A program made the position numbers and the translations under genes. Below are positions 60,236 to 64,000 of a stretch of 64,000 nucleotides of DNA, one piece after another. Each line of letters starts with the position of its first letter. Position 1 is the first letter of the stretch. The notes beneath the pieces were generated by a model. It was not told the origin of the DNA and searched no databases. It saw nothing but the letters and a program-made list of their open reading frames with translations. This stretch comes from Eremomyces bilateralis CBS 781.70 (lineage: Eukaryota), in assembly GCA_010015585.1 (NCBI GenBank), contig ML975165.1. The stretch is one strand, 5' to 3'.

Positions 60236-62094
60236 TCAACACCGATGGTCCGTCACTAACTCCTCAAAACCTCCTTTCCCAAATCCCTTCCCCCACGCCT
60301 TCCGCCCCATCTCCCTCTCCACCTCCTTTCCCATCTCCCTTTCCACCACCCACTCCCCCTTCCCCCTCGCCCCACACTCCGTAAGCTGCCACAACCGCCT
60401 TCTCCCCTGTCCCTCCGCAATCTCCCCCGCCACCCCCTCCGTCACCCCCCGCAACTCAATATCCTGCCGCGCAAGCGCGTGCACGTGGGCGAGCCCCTCC
60501 CCCAGCTTCTCGAGCCCTGCATCTACCATGCTGCCGAGTTCCTCGAGAGCGGGGAGGGGGATCGAGATGGAGTTGTACGAGGGGTGGTAGGTAGTGGGGT
60601 GGTGCGGGAGGGAGTGGGGGGCACTGGGGGTTCGAGGGCCGGTGGGGTTGATGAGGGTAGCGGTGGTGGGTTTGGGAGGTTCGTGGGCTTCGCGAGGGAG
60701 GTCGCAGTATTTGCAGAGCTCCGACTCGGGTATATCTGGCTCTTCGGGCGGGTGTGGTCCCGCCTGTGGTGCGAGGGCTGGAACCGTCGTGTCGGGCGTA
60801 TCCAGGCCTCGATTATACTCTCCTTCTTTCTCCGCCAAGATCGCCCGCTCACCTTCCTCAGCCGCCGCAGCCATCTCTTCTACCTGCTTCTGAAGGAGGT
60901 TTCTCGCCTGCTCTATAGATCTCCGCCAGTCGGATCGGTGATCGTAGGACAGGCCTGGTAAGGAGTGGGGTCGGGGGATGGATTGTGGTAGCAGTTGGGG
61001 AGCATACGTGTAGATCCCCAACGATTGAGGACCGCCCCAGCCTTTTGGAACATCTTTCTCTTGAACAGGGGATGCGTCCTTCTGAGTCGGCTGATCGCGG
61101 TTGGTGCCGCTTGCCACCAGGAGCGAGTCATCCATCGTCATGCGGCTTTCCAATGTGGTATTCGTCGATCGCCGACCGAATCCATTCATTGACCGTTTAG
61201 AATTCCCACGGTTCAACTTCTCCCCTACTGAAACACACATCAGCCTCATTCTCACAAGCAGCCCCACCTCACACCTCACCTACCCATCTTCCCCCTTCCC
61301 CTCACAAACTCCCAAACCCTCGCCACCACCCTCCGCCGCCCCTCCCTGCTCCTCTCCTCCTCCCGCACCCCATCCTCATCCCCAATCCACGTCCTCGCGC
61401 CCCTCATCTCCCCCTCCGCCAAACTCCTCTCCGCCATCGTATACCTCACCCAATCCCCCACCTCCCTTAACACCCTCAACGCCTTCAGCACCGTATCGCT
61501 CCCGACGTTTGCGAGCCGGCGCACGGCATTGATCTCGGTCTCCTGCGCAGAGCAGAGGTGGCGGAGCTCGTCGATTTCGGTGTGTAGGTGGTGGATGAGG
61601 TGGGCTTGGGTGGTGAGGAGGGCTTGGAGGGAGGTGGGAGGAGATGGGGAGGAGGCGGAGGCGGGAGGGCTGGGGGTGCGGATTGGTGGAGGAGGCTGCG
61701 CGGAGGGAACCGTTCGGGTATCGTCGTCGCCCTCCCGCCCATCACCCCCAACCGGCATCGACGACCGATCATACCGACGCAAAAACTCCTGGATTGCCGC
61801 GACGTCACCCGGCGATATCAGCCTCGGCGATGCAACCTTTACCTGTCGATGGTGTGCGTACCGCTGCGGGCGTTCGTCCGGGTGTTGCCGGGCGTCGAGG
61901 GCGGTGATGCGGTCGTGCGAAGGGACGGTGGTGGCGAAGGGGGGGGTGGCGTTGGGGTGTTGGGATGTCGGGTGGTGCGGTTGGGCGGGGGGTTGGTTGG
62001 CAGGGGGTTGCTGATGAGGTTTCATGATGGATGTACGTCGGCGAGAGCGCGAGATAGGGGGGTGCTCAGGTTGATTGTGGGTAGGAGAGGACAT
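60236..62094 (-). CDS. Hypothetical protein (P-rich, predicted coiled coil, one CxxC-x5-H motif); probable intron ~61229-61282
   Basis: Two long adjacent ORFs can be joined in frame by a GTAGGT..CTGAT..CAG intron. Heptad-like LIHHLHTEIDELRHLCSAQETEINAVRRL. No family recognised, and the ends are uncertain. Confidence 0.5.
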
Positions 62095-62577
62095 GTTCGG
62101 GCGTGGCGATGAGAACCGTAGTTAGTGAGGATCCAAACCATATTAGCATGCTTTTGCAGCAGAGGAACGATTATAAATGCGAAACGGCCACAAGTGAAGG
62201 TAGGTATGAGCAAGCGATCTCTGTTCCACGGACGAAAAACTCGATCACGTTAACAGCAAACGGTCACTGGCGATGAATCACGTATCAGAGGACACCTCGG
62301 GGGAAGCAGGAAAACGACTCAGATTTTAGTACACATGTCTAGAGAGCTACGCATCTTCACCAGCCATCAACCAAACAAGAAAGGAGAGCTGTATCGACAA
62401 TTGTGGTGAAAGGGAACTGGGACAATGGCACCGCAGTCCATGAGCACTCCCGTGGACTGACGGCGATGTCCACGCTGGCGCTTTGCTTGGAGAGGTGTTA
62501 AGGCATATTATACATTTCCTGAGGACCGTTAGTGGTGAGCACGAACTGGGGAATATAGCACGTACCTAATCTCACAC

Positions 62578-63064
62578 TCATAGGAAGCTCTTGGTGAAGG
62601 TGACGACGACATCCTTCAACTTGCCCTCCAACTCCTTGCTCAACGCACCCTCACGCTCAATCTGGGACAGCAGCTCGGACTCGTTGGCCTTCAAGTGGGC
62701 AATGAAGTCGGACTCCCACGTGAGAATCTTCGCAACCGGGACGTTGTCCAGGTGCCCGTTGACACCGGCGTAGATCAGCGGCACCATCTCGTTGACGGCC
62801 ATGGGCGAGTACTGCTTCTGCTTGAGGAGCTCGGTCAGACGCTCACCACGGCTCAGGGTCTGCTTGGTCGACGCATCCAGATCGGAACCGAACTGGGCGA
62901 AGGCAGCGACCTCACGGTACTGGGCCAAGAAGAGCTTCAGCGATCCGGCGACTTGCTTCATGGCCTTGAGCTGCGCGGCGGAGCCGACACGGGACACGGA
63001 CAGACCGACGTTGATGGCCGGGCGGATACCCTTGTAGAACAACTCGGCTTCCAAGAAGATCTGG

Positions 63065-63102
<38 letters not shown>

Positions 63103-64000
63103 AGACACGTCACCACCCTGGGTCTCGATGATGGGAAGCGCAGTGAGGGAACCACCACCGTGCTTATCGTTCATCTTGGCAGCACGCTCCAGAAGTCGGG
63201 AATGGAGGTAGAAAACGCTAGGATGGTCAGTACGGTGTTATCAGACGTGACGGGACAACTTACTCGCCGGGGTAAGCCTCACGACCCGGAGGACGACGGA
63301 GCAGCAGGGACATTTGACGGTACGCGACGGCCTGCTTGGACAGATCGTCGTAGATGATGACGGCGTGGCGGCCGTTGTCACGGAACCACTCACCCATGGA
63401 GCAACCGGTGAAAGGAGCGATGTACTGCAGAGGAGCGGCTTCGGAAGCGGTGGCCGCGACGATGATGGTGTACTTCATGGCATCGTTCTCCTCCAGGGTC
63501 TTGACGAGCTGGGCAACGGTGGACCGCTTCTGACCAACGGCGACGTACACGCAGTACAGCTTCTTGGTCTCATCGGAAGTGTCGTTCCATCGCTTCTGGT
63601 TCAGCATGGCATCGAGAGCGACGGCAGTCTTTCCGGTTTGACGATCACCGATGATCAACTCACGCTGTCCACGACCGATCGGCACCATGGCGTCGATGGC
63701 CTTCAGACCTGTCTGCACGGGCTGGTTGACGGAGTGACGAGGCAAGATACCGGGAGCCTTAAGCTGAGCACGGCGCTTCTCGGAGGTGTTGAGAGGACCT
63801 TTGCCGTCGATGGGGTTACCCAGAGCATCGACGACGCGGCCAAGAAGTTCCAGACCAACGGGGACATCGACCTTTGGATACGTTAATCACAATTTTCCCA
63901 TCATCATGGCGGCAAACATACAATCTCTCCGGTACGCTTGACGGTCTCGCCTTCCTTGACCAATCGATCGGAACCGAAAAGCACCACACCGACTTGGCCG
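62578..64000 (-). CDS. ATP1: Mitochondrial F1 ATP synthase alpha subunit (5' part outside the window)
   Basis: [82 protein letters not shown]. Confidence 0.98.

Noticed and set aside
62695..63886. Plus-strand ORFs opposite ATP1
   Set aside because: Typical antisense open frames produced by strong codon bias in a highly expressed gene.
1..64000. Transposons, tRNA or rRNA genes, secondary-metabolite cluster
   Set aside because: No transposase, reverse transcriptase, terminal repeats, cloverleaf, rRNA, or PKS/NRPS motifs were recognised by eye.

Overview
Eukaryotic DNA from a filamentous ascomycete (Pezizomycotina). It has short GT-AG introns with CTRAC branch sites and no prokaryotic features. 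The backbone is housekeeping genes: CWH43, COG5, metacaspase, a spastin/fidgetin-like AAA ATPase, the MRS3/4 carrier, UTP6, a PTH4/ICT1-like hydrolase, a Nab3-like RRM protein, MSS4, eIF2A, a Sec7+PH Arf-GEF, PEX6, RPS15, RPP2, SPT2 and ATP1 (5' end outside the window). The left edge carries the most interesting accessory element: a HET-domain protein fused, with no recognisable NACHT/NB-ARC domain, to a long array of near-identical 102-bp ankyrin repeats. The array varies at a few fixed codons and is interrupted by an assembly gap. Three intergenic spaces hold decayed genes not apparent from the ORF track: a HET-family fragment, a fungal hypothetical-protein pseudogene and a BTB-domain pseudogene. 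Also notable are a ~500-nt structured intron in the metacaspase, three small candidate genes, and recurrent C-rich to G-rich strand-skew switches. All family calls come from motif recognition by eye; no database search was run.
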